Translations under genes and position numbers: made by a program
DNA from: Longimicrobiales bacterium
GTDB taxonomy: Bacteria > Gemmatimonadota > Gemmatimonadetes > Longimicrobiales > Gaopeijiaceae
Direction of reading: 5' to 3'
Length of the DNA: 64,000 bases
NCBI GenBank assembly: GCA_963664435.2
Contig: CAXXKM010000002.1
Coordinates: 608,001-672,000, forward strand
Shown: positions 51,693 to 61,933 of the stretch, piece after piece
How positions within the stretch are numbered: position 1 is the stretch's first letter
How the letters are laid out: every line of letters begins with the position of its first letter
Notes under the pieces: generated by a model
What the model was told of the DNA's origin: nothing
The model's database searches: none
Seen by the model: only the letters and a program-made list of their open reading frames with translations

Positions 51693-52847
51693 TCAGGGCC
51701 GGTAATTGAAGAGCAGGGATCCGCTGTAGCGCTCGAAATAGGCGTCACCGATCTCCGTCTCCGCCCGTGTCCAGCCAACTCGGAAGGTCCCGGTGACGGC
51801 GTCGGTGAGGTACTTGCTGACGCCCATGTACACCTGCGACGCATTGTCCGCTTCTTCACCCGGAATCAGACGGATGAACTCCGTTTCGGTCAGATAGTCC
51901 TTCGCGGTCAGCACCGCCGTGATGTTGAGCCTCAGGTCCGCGGGAAGGAGGGTCGACACCTCGGCGTTCACCGAAACTGCGTTGTATTCGGTCCGGCTCG
52001 CGTTGGACCTGTTGATCGTGCCCTGGATGCCGACCCCCGCGGTGATCCCGGACGACTCGAACCCGTCCGATGACTCGAGCCCGTCATACTGCCAGAGCGC
52101 GCCCAGCTGATAGGCCTGGTCCCGGCGGAAGGGGTCCGGGAGATAGCCGGTGCCCTGTTGCGGATACCGGAATTCGGTGAACGATCCGTAGAACCGCATC
52201 GTCAACCTCGCCGCGTTCCACATCCGCCCCTGCGCGCCACCCAGCTCGAATCCGATCTTGTTGCGGTCGAGCAGATCGAGTTGCGGCACGATATCCTGGG
52301 CGTTGTAGTCGGCTCGGCCGCCCTCGATGCTCACATCCCAGTAGGTTCCGCCAATTTCCCGTGTCTGGAAGCGCGCCGCCCCTTCGTAGTTCGCGTAACC
52401 CGGCTCCAGGAACAGGGGAGTAGGCGTGCGGTCAGCCACATCGCGGCCTCCTGCTCGCCCGCTGAACTGCAGGACGCCGTCATTCGTCGTCGTGCGGAAC
52501 ACGGCGTCGATGACCCCGCTCGCAACGCGGGGCGCATAGTCGCGCAGCTTGAAGCCGTACGCGTCGAACTGTCGGACACCGCCATCCAGCGTGACGGTGA
52601 GACCGTCGAACCCGTTGGGGCTCGAGCTCAGAACGGCTCGGACCCCCAATTCGGCGCTCGTCGCCCAGGCCTGATCCACGCTGTCGACCACGGCAAGCGT
52701 CACGGACGGAATCCCGCCGCGATACCGTTCCACATGCGTCCCACCGGTAAAGACCAGGTCCGTCACGCGCGCCTGGGCGGAGAGCGTCGCAGCCGATCCC
52801 GTCCCCATCAGAACGACGAGCGCCGCGATTCGGAGGGAGCGGCTCAT
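51693..52847 (-). CDS. Putative outer-membrane beta-barrel protein
   Basis: Signal peptide; alternating aromatic-rich strands; C-terminal LLFNYRP. Confidence 0.65.
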   Translation of the reverse strand: MSRSLRIAALVVLMGTGSAATLSAQARVTDLVFTGGTHVERYRGGIPSVTLAVVDSVDQAWATSAELGVRAVLSSSPNGFDGLTVTLDGGVRQFDAYGFKLRDYAPRVASGVIDAVFRTTTNDGVLQFSGRAGGRDVADRTPTPLFLEPGYANYEGAARFQTREIGGTYWDVSIEGGRADYNAQDIVPQLDLLDRNKIGFELGGAQGRMWNAARLTMRFYGSFTEFRYPQQGTGYLPDPFRRDQAYQLGALWQYDGLESSDGFESSGITAGVGIQGTINRSNASRTEYNAVSVNAEVSTLLPADLRLNITAVLTAKDYLTETEFIRLIPGEEADNASQVYMGVSKYLTDAVTGTFRVGWTRAETEIGDAYFERYSGSLLFNYRP

Positions 52848-53737
52848 GCGGTCTCCTCCCCCCCGATCCGCCGGCGAAACTCCTCCGCTCGCGCCATGGC
52901 AATGTTCCGCCTCTCGATCACGAACTCCCTGGACTGTTGCAGTTCCTCGAGGCGCTGCGACAACTCTTCGCCACCGATCAGGTCTTCCGCATTGTCGGAG
53001 TTCGCGTCCGGACGTCCCACGGGCACACGAAGGTCGCCGAATCGGGAGAGATCCGCTCCGAAATCCCGCACCATGCGCGCATGACGCTCCCGTTGTTCGA
53101 GCAGTTCGATCTGGGCGTCGATGTCGTCCAGCACCAGTCCGTAACGCGCTACCTGCCCATCGAGGAGATCCGCCTTGGCTCTGATTTCGTCCCGGGTGTC
53201 TCCCGGCTCGATGTTGATTTCAGGAAACGGATCGTCATCGATCTCGATGGGGCGTTCCAGCTGGTCGGCCTCGTTGGTCAGGACGTCGATCCGGCGACCG
53301 ATGAGGTCGCGCGCGCGTGCATCCGGCGCCTGTGGAAGCTCCTCGAACAACTCGCCCAGTTCGTCCAGCACACTCAACAGGTAGGAGCGCCGGGCCTGGT
53401 CCAGCCGTCCCGCGGCGGTAGCAAGATCCCGGTTGCTCTGTTCCAGCTGCCGACCCAGGTCCTGGTAGATGGCCAAGGCACGCTCGTAGCGCGCCTGATC
53501 ACCGGACTGACGAGCCTCGATGGCCTCGTCCAGGGCGTCGGCGACCAGGTCATTCGCGAGATCGCGGGCGCTGAGGGCGGCATTGTGCGCGCTCTCCGCC
53601 GCATGATACGCGGAGCGCTCCACATCCTGCGATGTTGCGGCGGAGGGAAGGACGGCGCACAGAGCCGCTGCCAGGGCCACCAGTCGGAGCAGGCCCGCCG
53701 GCTTCCTTCCCTTGCCCTGTGCGGCCGATAGGGCCAT
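52844..53737 (-). CDS. Exported coiled-coil hypothetical protein
   Basis: Signal peptide then heptad-rich helices; ATGA overlap with the downstream gene. Confidence 0.65.
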   Translation of the reverse strand: MALSAAQGKGRKPAGLLRLVALAAALCAVLPSAATSQDVERSAYHAAESAHNAALSARDLANDLVADALDEAIEARQSGDQARYERALAIYQDLGRQLEQSNRDLATAAGRLDQARRSYLLSVLDELGELFEELPQAPDARARDLIGRRIDVLTNEADQLERPIEIDDDPFPEINIEPGDTRDEIRAKADLLDGQVARYGLVLDDIDAQIELLEQRERHARMVRDFGADLSRFGDLRVPVGRPDANSDNAEDLIGGEELSQRLEELQQSREFVIERRNIAMARAEEFRRRIGGEETA

Positions 53738-53750
53738 GACCCGCCTCGGG

Positions 53751-55139
53751 TTACGCTTCGATACCGTATTTCTCGAGCTTGTAGTAGAACGCACTCGACT
53801 TGAGTCCCAGCAGTCTGGCCGCCTCTGCCTTGACGCCCCCCGCCCGCTCGAGAGCCTGTCGGAGAAGCCTCTCCTCAATACCCTCGACCACCTCGTTCAG
53901 GTTCTTTCCGCCCTCGGGCAGGTCGTCCGTCCGCGGCACGAGGTCCCCGGCGTTCATCGCAGGCAGATCCCCGGCATCGATGGTGGGACCGTCCGCAAGC
54001 AAGAGTGCCCGCTCGATCACGTTCTCGAGCTCGCGAACATTCCCCGGCCACGCGTAGCGGGCCAGCCGGTCCATCGCTTCCGTCCCGACCCTGCCGACCT
54101 GCGAGTTGGTGCGTTTGCGCAGCTTCGCGATGAAGTGGTCCGCCAGGAGAGGGATGTCCTCGACCCGGTTCCTCAGCGGCGGCAGCACGATCGGGACGAC
54201 GTGCAGGCGGTAGAAGAGGTCCTTGCGAAAATCGTCGCCGGCCAGGAGTTCGTCCGCGGGGGTGTTGGTCGCCGCGATGATGCGCACATCCACGGGAATC
54301 GTCTTCTCTCCCCCCACGCGCTCGAGTTCGCGCTCCTGGATCACGCGCAGGAGCCTGACCTGCGTCATGGTGGAGATGGTGGCGATCTCGTCGAGAAAGA
54401 TGGTCCCGCCGTCGGCGAGTTCGAAGCGCCCGCGCCGCCTCCGGTCCGCGCCCGTAAACGCACCCTTCTCGTGCCCGAACAGCTCGGAGTCCAGCAGGCT
54501 CTCCGCGAGGGCTCCGCAGTTGACGCGGACAAAGGGACCCTCCTTGCGCGTCGAGCTGGCGTGAATGGCGCGGGCTACGAGTTCCTTGCCCGTGCCGGAT
54601 TCCCCGTAGATCATGACCGTCGACTCGCTGGGAGCCACCCGGGTGATCCAGTCGTACACCTGCTTCATCGCGGGCGCCTCGCCGATGATCTGCCCGTAGC
54701 GGGCCTCGGTCTGCTCCTTCAGCGACGTGTTCTCGATCCGCAGCGCCACGTTCTCCCGGCGCAGCTTGTCGCGCTCTTCGCGCTCCCGCAGCAGGCGTCC
54801 CACCTTGACCGCGAACTCCTCGGGAGAGAACGGCTTGGTGATGAAGTCGACGGCCCCCAGCTTCATCGCCTCCACGGCCCTGTCCACGGTGCCGAATGCC
54901 GTGATCATCATCACATCGGTCTCCGGCGCCTGCGCCCTGATCCGCCGGAGCACTTCGATTCCGTCCATGCCGGCCATTCTGAGGTCGGTGACGACCAACT
55001 CGGCGCCATGCTCGCTGAGCAGATCCAGCCCCTGCTTGCCGTTCTCGGCCGAATAGGTCCGGTGGCCGTGTTTGCGCAGCAGCAGCTCGAGGCCTTCGCG
55101 GATCGTATCGTGATCGTCGATGATCAGCACTCGCGCCAT
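53751..55139 (-). CDS. Sigma-54-dependent response regulator (NtrC family)
   Basis: Receiver domain (IIDD, TDLRM, TKPF), GESGTGKE, GAFTGA, WPGNVREL, Fis-type HTH. Confidence 0.96.
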   Translation of the reverse strand: MARVLIIDDHDTIREGLELLLRKHGHRTYSAENGKQGLDLLSEHGAELVVTDLRMAGMDGIEVLRRIRAQAPETDVMMITAFGTVDRAVEAMKLGAVDFITKPFSPEEFAVKVGRLLREREERDKLRRENVALRIENTSLKEQTEARYGQIIGEAPAMKQVYDWITRVAPSESTVMIYGESGTGKELVARAIHASSTRKEGPFVRVNCGALAESLLDSELFGHEKGAFTGADRRRRGRFELADGGTIFLDEIATISTMTQVRLLRVIQERELERVGGEKTIPVDVRIIAATNTPADELLAGDDFRKDLFYRLHVVPIVLPPLRNRVEDIPLLADHFIAKLRKRTNSQVGRVGTEAMDRLARYAWPGNVRELENVIERALLLADGPTIDAGDLPAMNAGDLVPRTDDLPEGGKNLNEVVEGIEERLLRQALERAGGVKAEAARLLGLKSSAFYYKLEKYGIEA

Positions 55140-55286
55140 GGCACCAGCCAGATGAGCCCGCAGGGGGCGGTAGGAGAAAGGGGAACACGGGTCGGAGCCC
55201 GGGGACACCGATCGCGCCGAGCCCGGGATGGGAACGCCGCTCGATTGCCGGGCGACCGGGCGGCAGGCATGGACCGTGCGCGGGCG

Positions 55287-56789
55287 CTACAGGTCATTCG
55301 CTTCGCTGCGCGCAACCGGGAACACCTCCGAGCCCGGCAAATATAGACGGAACTCCGCGCCATTCCCAGAAGCGCCGTCGCCCGCGACCAGTTCGACCCG
55401 GCCGTCGTGGGCCCGTGCCACGCCGGCCACGATCGCGAGCCCCAGGCCTGCGCCCCGTTCCTTGCTGGTCACAAAGGGCTGGAAGATGCGCCCCTGCAGC
55501 GATTCCGGCACACCCGGCCCGTTGTCGCGCACGGACACGATGACTTCGCCGTTGCCGAAGGTACCCTTGAGCCTCACCCGGTCACCGGCGTCGGCCGCGT
55601 TGCGCAACAGGTTCAGAACCATGCGCTTGACCTGCCCGGAGTCCGCCACCACCTCCAGCTGGGCATCCGGCAGATCGACCTCGAGGCTGCCTCCCCTCGA
55701 CGCGAGTTCCGTCGCAACCAGCTCGGCCGCCTCCTTGAGCGGAGCCCGGATGTCGTGCAGCGTCGGCTGCGGCGCCCGGGGGCGGGCGTACACCAGGAAG
55801 TCCGTGATGATGCTGTTGAGGGCGTCCACTTCCGCCTGGATCTTTCGGAAGAGCCGGGCGCGTTCCTCCGGATCGGCGCTGTCGGCCGCGATGGAAGAGA
55901 AGAGCTTCAGCCCGCCCAGGGGATTCCGGATTTCGTGCGCGACCTGAGCGAGCATGAGCCGGAGCTGCTCGTCCCGCTGAATGATCCCCAGGCGCATGCG
56001 TTCCATGGCCCGCGACAGACGGCCGATCTCGACGCCCGCCTCCACCTCGACCGACCGGGTGATCCGGCCCCGCTGGATGCGAAGCGCCACCCGGCTGAGC
56101 CGTTCCAGAGGCTCGGCGATGCGGGCGGCCAGGCCGATGGCCACGAGAACCGAGAGCACGACCGCGATCGCGGAAGCGATGAGGACCGACCGCCGCAAAC
56201 TTTCCAGGGGAGCGAGGTAGTCCGCGCGCATGAGCACCGCCAGGGCGACGTCGGAGTCCTCCAGCCGCGCGAAGCCGTACTTGTAGGAGCGACCGTCCGT
56301 GCCCTCGAACGCAGTCGAGGTCGCTGATCCGTCCTCCCAGAGTCCGCTCAGGTCGTAGGCCGAGAAAATGGCAACCGAGGTCCCGATGATCGGAAGGGAG
56401 TCGGCCGATTCCGTCGAAACGATCGCCGTATAGGAGGGGGGCAGATCGATGGCGGCGTCTCCCCCGGGCACCGTGCTTTCTCGGGGAGAGATCGGATTCT
56501 CGCGGCGAATGATCCAGGCCGCGTCCACATATCCGCGGTCGACCAGGCTGCGCAGGCGATCGTACGCCTCCCTCCAGAAGAGATTCCCTTCGTCTCCGCG
56601 GCCGAGAAGGAGCAGATTGGTCGCGTCGAGCCCGGTCTCCGCCGCCACTCCTGCGGTGACCTCCAGCTTGTCGTCCAGCTCGGCCTCCAGCGCCCGACTG
56701 GTCACCGAGTAGGCCATCCAGCTGCTGGTCGCCGTGAAGATGACCGCGAAGGCCACCAGCACCAGCACGTACAGGCGTCGAAGCGGCAC
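55287..56789 (-). CDS. HAMP-domain sensor histidine kinase
   Basis: Two TM segments, HAMP, AHEIRNPL, LNLLRNA, DNGPG, GAGLGL. Confidence 0.95.
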   Translation of the reverse strand: MPLRRLYVLVLVAFAVIFTATSSWMAYSVTSRALEAELDDKLEVTAGVAAETGLDATNLLLLGRGDEGNLFWREAYDRLRSLVDRGYVDAAWIIRRENPISPRESTVPGGDAAIDLPPSYTAIVSTESADSLPIIGTSVAIFSAYDLSGLWEDGSATSTAFEGTDGRSYKYGFARLEDSDVALAVLMRADYLAPLESLRRSVLIASAIAVVLSVLVAIGLAARIAEPLERLSRVALRIQRGRITRSVEVEAGVEIGRLSRAMERMRLGIIQRDEQLRLMLAQVAHEIRNPLGGLKLFSSIAADSADPEERARLFRKIQAEVDALNSIITDFLVYARPRAPQPTLHDIRAPLKEAAELVATELASRGGSLEVDLPDAQLEVVADSGQVKRMVLNLLRNAADAGDRVRLKGTFGNGEVIVSVRDNGPGVPESLQGRIFQPFVTSKERGAGLGLAIVAGVARAHDGRVELVAGDGASGNGAEFRLYLPGSEVFPVARSEANDL

Positions 56790-56865
56790 TGTCGAGATCT
56801 CCGTTTGCGGTTTGGCCCCAGCTCGGGAGCACGCTCTCTGATTTCGCCCGGCCTAGGGCCCCATT

Positions 56866-57924
56866 TCACAGCCCACAGGGCACCCGCTCCAGGTCAACCT
56901 CGCTGAATTGAATCCTCGAAGCCGTCCGTGGCGCGACGATGAGGTGGAAGGGCGTTTGCACCACCGCCGCGGGCGAACAGAAATCACCCGGGGCGAACTC
57001 CACGAGCTGTATGATCGCACCGTCGCGCACAGGCAGGATTTCCCTGATCTCCAGCTTGCTCCCCGCTTCCTGGCGGGCGCCGTCCGCCGCGACCACCACC
57101 ATGTCCGCGGACCAGTCGATGTCGGGCGCTGAAGCCCCATCGCCGTGCCACCCCCAGAAATCCCCCCAGTCGTCCGGTGCATCGCGGGCGCCCGGTCCTC
57201 CGAAGAAGGCCCGGGAGGCCAGTGCCGGTTGACCGGGCTTTTCCCCCTGGTCGAGGGTCGCGAACGGGATGCTCAGGTTGTAGACGCTGGTGGCGGAGTC
57301 TCCAAGGGTACGGTCGTGCAGGAATTTCGACACCTGGATCACCCGACTGGCGTGCAGGTCGGGCCCGGATCCGGCGGGATTCAGTGATCCGAGCGGCCCC
57401 TGCGCACACCGGGTCCAGCTTCTCTCCTCGCCCCGGATCTCATCCTGAATTCGCAGAGTTATGCGGGCTTCGTCCTCACATGGCGGATCAAGGTTCGGAT
57501 CGAGGTCCTCGATGAAGAGATCCAGTCCGGCCGCGCCGTGGATCTGGGTGACCAGCGTGGCGTAGGCTGCGGCGAACGCCGCCGGGAGCCCCGGACTCGC
57601 AATGGTGGCCTCGCTCCCGACCACCCCCCGGTAGGCAATCGACTCGAACAGTTGCCAGGCACCGGTCGACCGCCAGGTGAGAACCTGACGCAGCTCTCCG
57701 TTGCCGGGGGACGGGAGAAACTGTCGCGGAGTCGCGACCTCCACGACCATCTGACCGGTTTGGCCAAAGCGCAGCATGGGCGGCGCGACGCCGTTTTCCT
57801 CGCACGCGGATACCGCAGCCGCCAACATGGCCGTCCAAACCCATGGAACCCCGAACTTCCTCGTCACACAGATACCCCTGTCAGCCTCTTCGCTGGTTTG
57901 ACGATGCCGAACCGGCAGCATCAA
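56866..57924 (-). CDS. Lipoprotein with C-terminal PrcB-like domain
   Basis: Lipobox AVSAC; PDIDW..MVVV..G......C...VQTPFHLI pattern; start uncertain. Confidence 0.65.
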   Translation of the reverse strand: MMLPVRHRQTSEEADRGICVTRKFGVPWVWTAMLAAAVSACEENGVAPPMLRFGQTGQMVVEVATPRQFLPSPGNGELRQVLTWRSTGAWQLFESIAYRGVVGSEATIASPGLPAAFAAAYATLVTQIHGAAGLDLFIEDLDPNLDPPCEDEARITLRIQDEIRGEERSWTRCAQGPLGSLNPAGSGPDLHASRVIQVSKFLHDRTLGDSATSVYNLSIPFATLDQGEKPGQPALASRAFFGGPGARDAPDDWGDFWGWHGDGASAPDIDWSADMVVVAADGARQEAGSKLEIREILPVRDGAIIQLVEFAPGDFCSPAAVVQTPFHLIVAPRTASRIQFSEVDLERVPCGL

Positions 57925-58015
57925 TATACGGCGCTAGCCGCTTTCCGCCCCTGTTGCCCCGCCGCGGGAGGGGGCGCGTGATCGATCCCCGGGCCCTCCC
58001 GTGCCAAGGAGCCGC

Positions 58016-58603
58016 ATGGACACCCGCGACCGCCTGCTTGCCCTGCTCATCAAGCGATCCCTCCGGGTTGGCCGCTTCACGCTCGCCAGCGGTATCCGCT
58101 CGACGTACTACGTCGACGCGCGAGCGACGACCATGACCGCCGAGGGGCAGGCACTCGTCGGCCGGGTATGCCTGAGTTACCTCCGGCGCGCCGGTCTGGA
58201 TCCCACACACGTCGGCGGTCTGACGATGGGCGCCGACCCGATCGCCTTTGCCATCGCCCGCCAGAGCTGGGAGGAGGGCCGGCCCATGGACGCGTTCTCC
58301 GTCCGCAAGGACGCGAAGGAGTACGGCACGCGGCGCAGGGTCGAGGGCGGGCTTCCGACAGATGCGCGCGTGGTGGTCGTCGAGGATGCCATGACCACCG
58401 GCCGGAGTACGCTCAAGGCCATCCGGGCGGCCGAGGAGCACGGCGCCCGGGTTCTCGCCGTTCTGGCGCTCGTCGATCGTGAGGAAGGGGCCCGCGAGCG
58501 CATTGCGGCCGAAGGCTATGCGGTGACAACCGTGTTTCCTGCGAGTGAACTCCTGGCCGCGCGCGAAAAGCGGGCTGGCGCCGAGTCGCAGACGCCGGGT
58601 TAG
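58016..58603 (+). CDS. pyrE: Orotate phosphoribosyltransferase
   Basis: FTLASG..S.YYVD, GGLTMGADP, VRK..KEYG, VVVEDAMTTG. Confidence 0.95.
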   Translation: MDTRDRLLALLIKRSLRVGRFTLASGIRSTYYVDARATTMTAEGQALVGRVCLSYLRRAGLDPTHVGGLTMGADPIAFAIARQSWEEGRPMDAFSVRKDAKEYGTRRRVEGGLPTDARVVVVEDAMTTGRSTLKAIRAAEEHGARVLAVLALVDREEGARERIAAEGYAVTTVFPASELLAAREKRAGAESQTPG

Positions 58604-58654
58604 CATCGCCCGAAGTCCGCCCAACCCGATTTCGGCCCATCGCCGGGGGCGGTT

Positions 58655-59770
58655 TCAGTCGAGCAGTCGGAGGGGCATCACCAGGCAGAGGTAGTCGATC
58701 GCATCCGCGTCCTCCGCGGGCACCGGCTCGACGGTTGCAGCACGCTCCGGCGCCTTGAATCCCAGCCGCACATCATCCGTGGGCATGTGCTGCAGCACCT
58801 CGATCAGATAGCTGGCGTTGAACCCGATTTCGAGGTCGTCGCCCTCGTATCCGAGATCCACTTCGTCGTAGCCCTCGCCCAGATCGGGAGTACTCACGCT
58901 CAGGTTCATCCGGCTACCGGAAAAACTGAGCTTGATCCGGTGCGTCTGATCGCTCGCGACAACGTCCATCCGCTTCACGGCCGCAAGCAGGCTGTCCTTG
59001 TCGACCACCGCGAACTTGTCGTTGTCCTTGGGGATTACCTGCTTGTAGTTGGGGTAGGTGCCGTCGATCAGCCGCGTGAACACCTCGGTTGCCCCCGAAC
59101 GAAAGCCGAGAAAATTGCCGTCACGGCCCAACTCCAGTTCATCCCCTTCAGCGAAGAGCCGCTGAACCAGCCTCAATGCCGAGGGGGGAACGATGAGGTT
59201 GGAGGCCGCGGGCCCGGACGACTCGGTCTTCACCGTCCTCCTTGCGAGCCTGTGGCCGTTGGTCGCCACCATTCTCATCTCGTTCCCCCGCAACTCCCAG
59301 AGCACCCCGCTCAGGATTGGCCGTCTCTCTTCGCTCGAGACCGCGAAGGACGTGTTGCGGATGAGCGACAGGAGATCGGCCCCGGAGGTGGTCCATGCCT
59401 GGTCGAAGTCCAGTTGGGGCGACGACGGGAAATCATCAGCAGGCAGACCGTTGAGCTTGAAGCGGCTCTTGCCGCAGACCAGCTCCATCTGGCTGCCCAG
59501 CGTACCGGCCAGCACCGGGCGGTCGGGAAGCGCCCGCACGATCTCCTGGATCTTCTTCCCCGGGACCGTCAGCGAACCTGCCTCCTGAACCTCCGCGGGG
59601 ACGCGGGTTCGAACCGTGACATCCAGGTCCGTGGCCGTGATCCAGAGGCCCTCCTCGGTTGCGTCGAAGAGAATGTTTGAGAGAACCGGCAGCGTGGTTC
59701 GGGCCGGGACGGATTGGGAGACTGCCGTGAGTCCCTGGTACAGGTTCTGGCGAGTCAGGGCAAGTTTCAT
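58655..59770 (-). CDS. dnaN: DNA polymerase III beta sliding clamp
   Basis: TLPVLSN, ATDL, VATNGHRL, GTYPNYKQVIP, IGFNASYL, LVMPLR. Confidence 0.97.
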   Translation of the reverse strand: MKLALTRQNLYQGLTAVSQSVPARTTLPVLSNILFDATEEGLWITATDLDVTVRTRVPAEVQEAGSLTVPGKKIQEIVRALPDRPVLAGTLGSQMELVCGKSRFKLNGLPADDFPSSPQLDFDQAWTTSGADLLSLIRNTSFAVSSEERRPILSGVLWELRGNEMRMVATNGHRLARRTVKTESSGPAASNLIVPPSALRLVQRLFAEGDELELGRDGNFLGFRSGATEVFTRLIDGTYPNYKQVIPKDNDKFAVVDKDSLLAAVKRMDVVASDQTHRIKLSFSGSRMNLSVSTPDLGEGYDEVDLGYEGDDLEIGFNASYLIEVLQHMPTDDVRLGFKAPERAATVEPVPAEDADAIDYLCLVMPLRLLD

Positions 59771-60066
59771 GTGGATCGGGTCCTGGAGAATTGAGTTGCG
59801 TTCTTGAGCGAATCCACGAGAGGTAGTTCGGGTTCTACCCTTACATAGCTAATAAGTAGTAGTAGTAGGGGCTGTGGAGTTGTAGACAATGCCTCGCTCC
59901 CGTCCGGGTAACCTGCTTCACCCCAACGGTCTCGGGAATGGAGGGATGCCGTGGATTCCGGTTGCAAAAGAGCATCCGGTTTTCCATGAATCCACAACGG
60001 GGGCCTCGGGAGCGGAGCAAGCCACGAAGTTTCCCCGGTTGTTCCCCACGGTTTGCACATGGGTCT
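59771..60066. other. oriC: Chromosomal replication origin oriC
   Basis: Between dnaA and dnaN; minus strand reads TTGTCTACA-ACTCCACA-GCCC-CTACTACTACTAC (tandem DnaA boxes, GC spacer, DnaA-trios at 59857-59868); further degenerate boxes at 59810, 59950, 59988, 60042, 60051. Confidence 0.88.
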
Positions 60067-61455
60067 TCAGGCTCCTCCAGCGAGAATCTGCTCCCGCAGC
60101 CGGGCAACGCGCCTGGCGAATTCCTCGTCCGTCTGCACGTCGCGATCCACCTTTCGGATCGAGTGGATGACGGTGGAATGATCCCGCCCACCGAAGGCCG
60201 CGCCGATCCGGGTAAGGGGCGGGTCGAGAATCTCCTTGATCAGGAACATGGCGACCTGGCGGGGCACGGTGACGTCACGGGTTCGCCGCTTCGAGATGAG
60301 GCCTCGGGGTTCCACTCCCCATGCCGACGCGGCGGCATTGAGGATGTCGGTTACCGATGTGGGCGGGGACGGGACGCCGGTCGCGATTCGGGATTCCAGC
60401 AGGGCCTCGTGCGCGAGCGCGAGCGTAATTTCCTGATTCGTAAGGGATGAGAAGGCGAGCAACTTGATGATGGCGCCTTCCATCTCACGGACGGACGAGG
60501 TACACGAGCGGGCCACGAGATCGATCACGTCATCCTCCAGGAAGAGCCCGTCGGCGGCTGACTTCTTCCTCACGATCGCGATCCGGGTTTCGTAGTCCGG
60601 GGGCTTGATGTCGGCCACCAGACCCCACGCGAACCTCGACACCAGGCGTTCTTCGAGCCCGGACAGGCTGTTGGGCGCGCGGTCGCTGGTCAGAACAATC
60701 TGCTTCTGCGCGTCGTACAGGGCGTTGAAGGTGTGAAAAAACTCTTCCTGTGTGCGTTCCTTCCCCTCGAGGAAGTGGATGTCGTCGACGAGCAGGAGAT
60801 CGATATGCCGATAGCGCCGGCGGAAGCCGGGCGTGGCTCCCTCCTGGATGGATGTGACCAGCTCGTTGGTGAATTGCTCGGTTGGAACGTACGCGATGTG
60901 TGTCTGGGGAGCGTGCTGCTGCAGGTAGTTGCCGATCGCGTGCATGAGATGGGTCTTTCCCAGTCCCACCCCCCCGTACACGAAGAGGGGATTGTACATG
61001 CGGGCCGGCTTCTCCGCGACGGCGCGGCAGGCCGCGACGGCAAGCTGGTTGTTGTTGCCCACCACGAAGCGGTCGAAGGTGTAGCGTTCGTTCAGCTTGT
61101 CGGAGGGTATCGTCGGCTTTGACTCGGATATGCTGGACCGATACGGCGTCGTGGCGTAGGAAGGGGTGTCCGCAGCCAGGTCGAAGGTCGTCGGCGCGGT
61201 GTGTGAAGCCGATGAACGGTAGGAGACCGACAAGGGACGTCCCAGCCTCTGCTCGATGCTTCTGCGGAGAAACGCGCCGTACTTGTCCTCGATCCACTCC
61301 ACGTGGAACTGGCTGGGAGCCTCGACGAGAAGTTCGTCGTCGGAGAAGCCGACCGCCTCGGTGCCGGAGAGCCAGGTCTGAAAACTCTGTTCCGGAAGGT
61401 AGCTCCGCGCGGCTGCCAGGGCGTGAGCCCAGATTTCGGAAGCAGAGAGTTCCAT
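60067..61455 (-). CDS. dnaA: Chromosomal replication initiator DnaA
   Basis: YTFDRFVVG, GGVGLGKTHL, QEEFFHTFN, GGRDHSTVIH. Confidence 0.98.
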   Translation of the reverse strand: MELSASEIWAHALAAARSYLPEQSFQTWLSGTEAVGFSDDELLVEAPSQFHVEWIEDKYGAFLRRSIEQRLGRPLSVSYRSSASHTAPTTFDLAADTPSYATTPYRSSISESKPTIPSDKLNERYTFDRFVVGNNNQLAVAACRAVAEKPARMYNPLFVYGGVGLGKTHLMHAIGNYLQQHAPQTHIAYVPTEQFTNELVTSIQEGATPGFRRRYRHIDLLLVDDIHFLEGKERTQEEFFHTFNALYDAQKQIVLTSDRAPNSLSGLEERLVSRFAWGLVADIKPPDYETRIAIVRKKSAADGLFLEDDVIDLVARSCTSSVREMEGAIIKLLAFSSLTNQEITLALAHEALLESRIATGVPSPPTSVTDILNAAASAWGVEPRGLISKRRTRDVTVPRQVAMFLIKEILDPPLTRIGAAFGGRDHSTVIHSIRKVDRDVQTDEEFARRVARLREQILAGGA

Positions 61456-61527
61456 CGAGGAAGGACTAAGGGAGGAGAATCAAGGTCGGGGCTTGCGCGG
61501 AAAGCCCCCGGAGCAGCGAAGGATGCA

Positions 61528-61556
61528 ACGGTACCCCGGGAGTGTGGAAAAGTCAA
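61528..61556 (-). promoter_or_regulatory. dnaA promoter overlapped by a DnaA box
   Basis: TTGACT-N17-TACCGT on the minus strand; TTTTCCACA (61543-61551) abuts the -35. Confidence 0.7.
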
Positions 61557-61622
61557 TCGCCGAAGGCGGGCCCGCGCCCCCGCGCGGCTGCGCTCGAGCG
61601 CGGAGGGCCGAGCGGGACGGGG

Positions 61623-61652
61623 TTGACGGCCCGCGCGGATTTCCGGTAGGTT
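61623..61652 (+). promoter_or_regulatory. Putative rpmH operon promoter
   Basis: TTGACG-N18-TAGGTT. Confidence 0.55.
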
Positions 61653-61733
61653 CCTCGCCCGTCCCGCGTTTGCCAGGCGGTTGGTACGAATGGCCCGGAA
61701 GGATGCGGGTGGTTCCTTTCACGAACGTTCCCC

Positions 61734-61883
61734 ATGAAACCGACATACAGACCACGGAATCGAAAGAGAAAGAACACCCACGGATTCCGCGCTCGGATGA
61801 GCACTCGGGCGGGCCGCAAAACACTGTCGAGGCGGCGGAGGAAGGGACGCCGCAGGCTGGTCGTGGAGGTCGGCTCGAAGTAG
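61734..61883 (+). CDS. rpmH: 50S ribosomal protein L34 (not in the ORF track)
   Basis: Manual translation [49 protein letters not shown]. Confidence 0.97.
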   Translation: MKPTYRPRNRKRKNTHGFRARMSTRAGRKTLSRRRRKGRRRLVVEVGSK

Positions 61884-61933
61884 ACGGCGCAGCCGCCGCC
61901 GAGGGGCCTCCAGGAGCAGTATGCTTTCCGCCC

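Noticed and set aside
61295..61310. parS-like palindrome CCACGTGG in dnaA
   Set aside because: About four mismatches to TGTTNCACGTGAAACA, and explained by the FHVEW codons.
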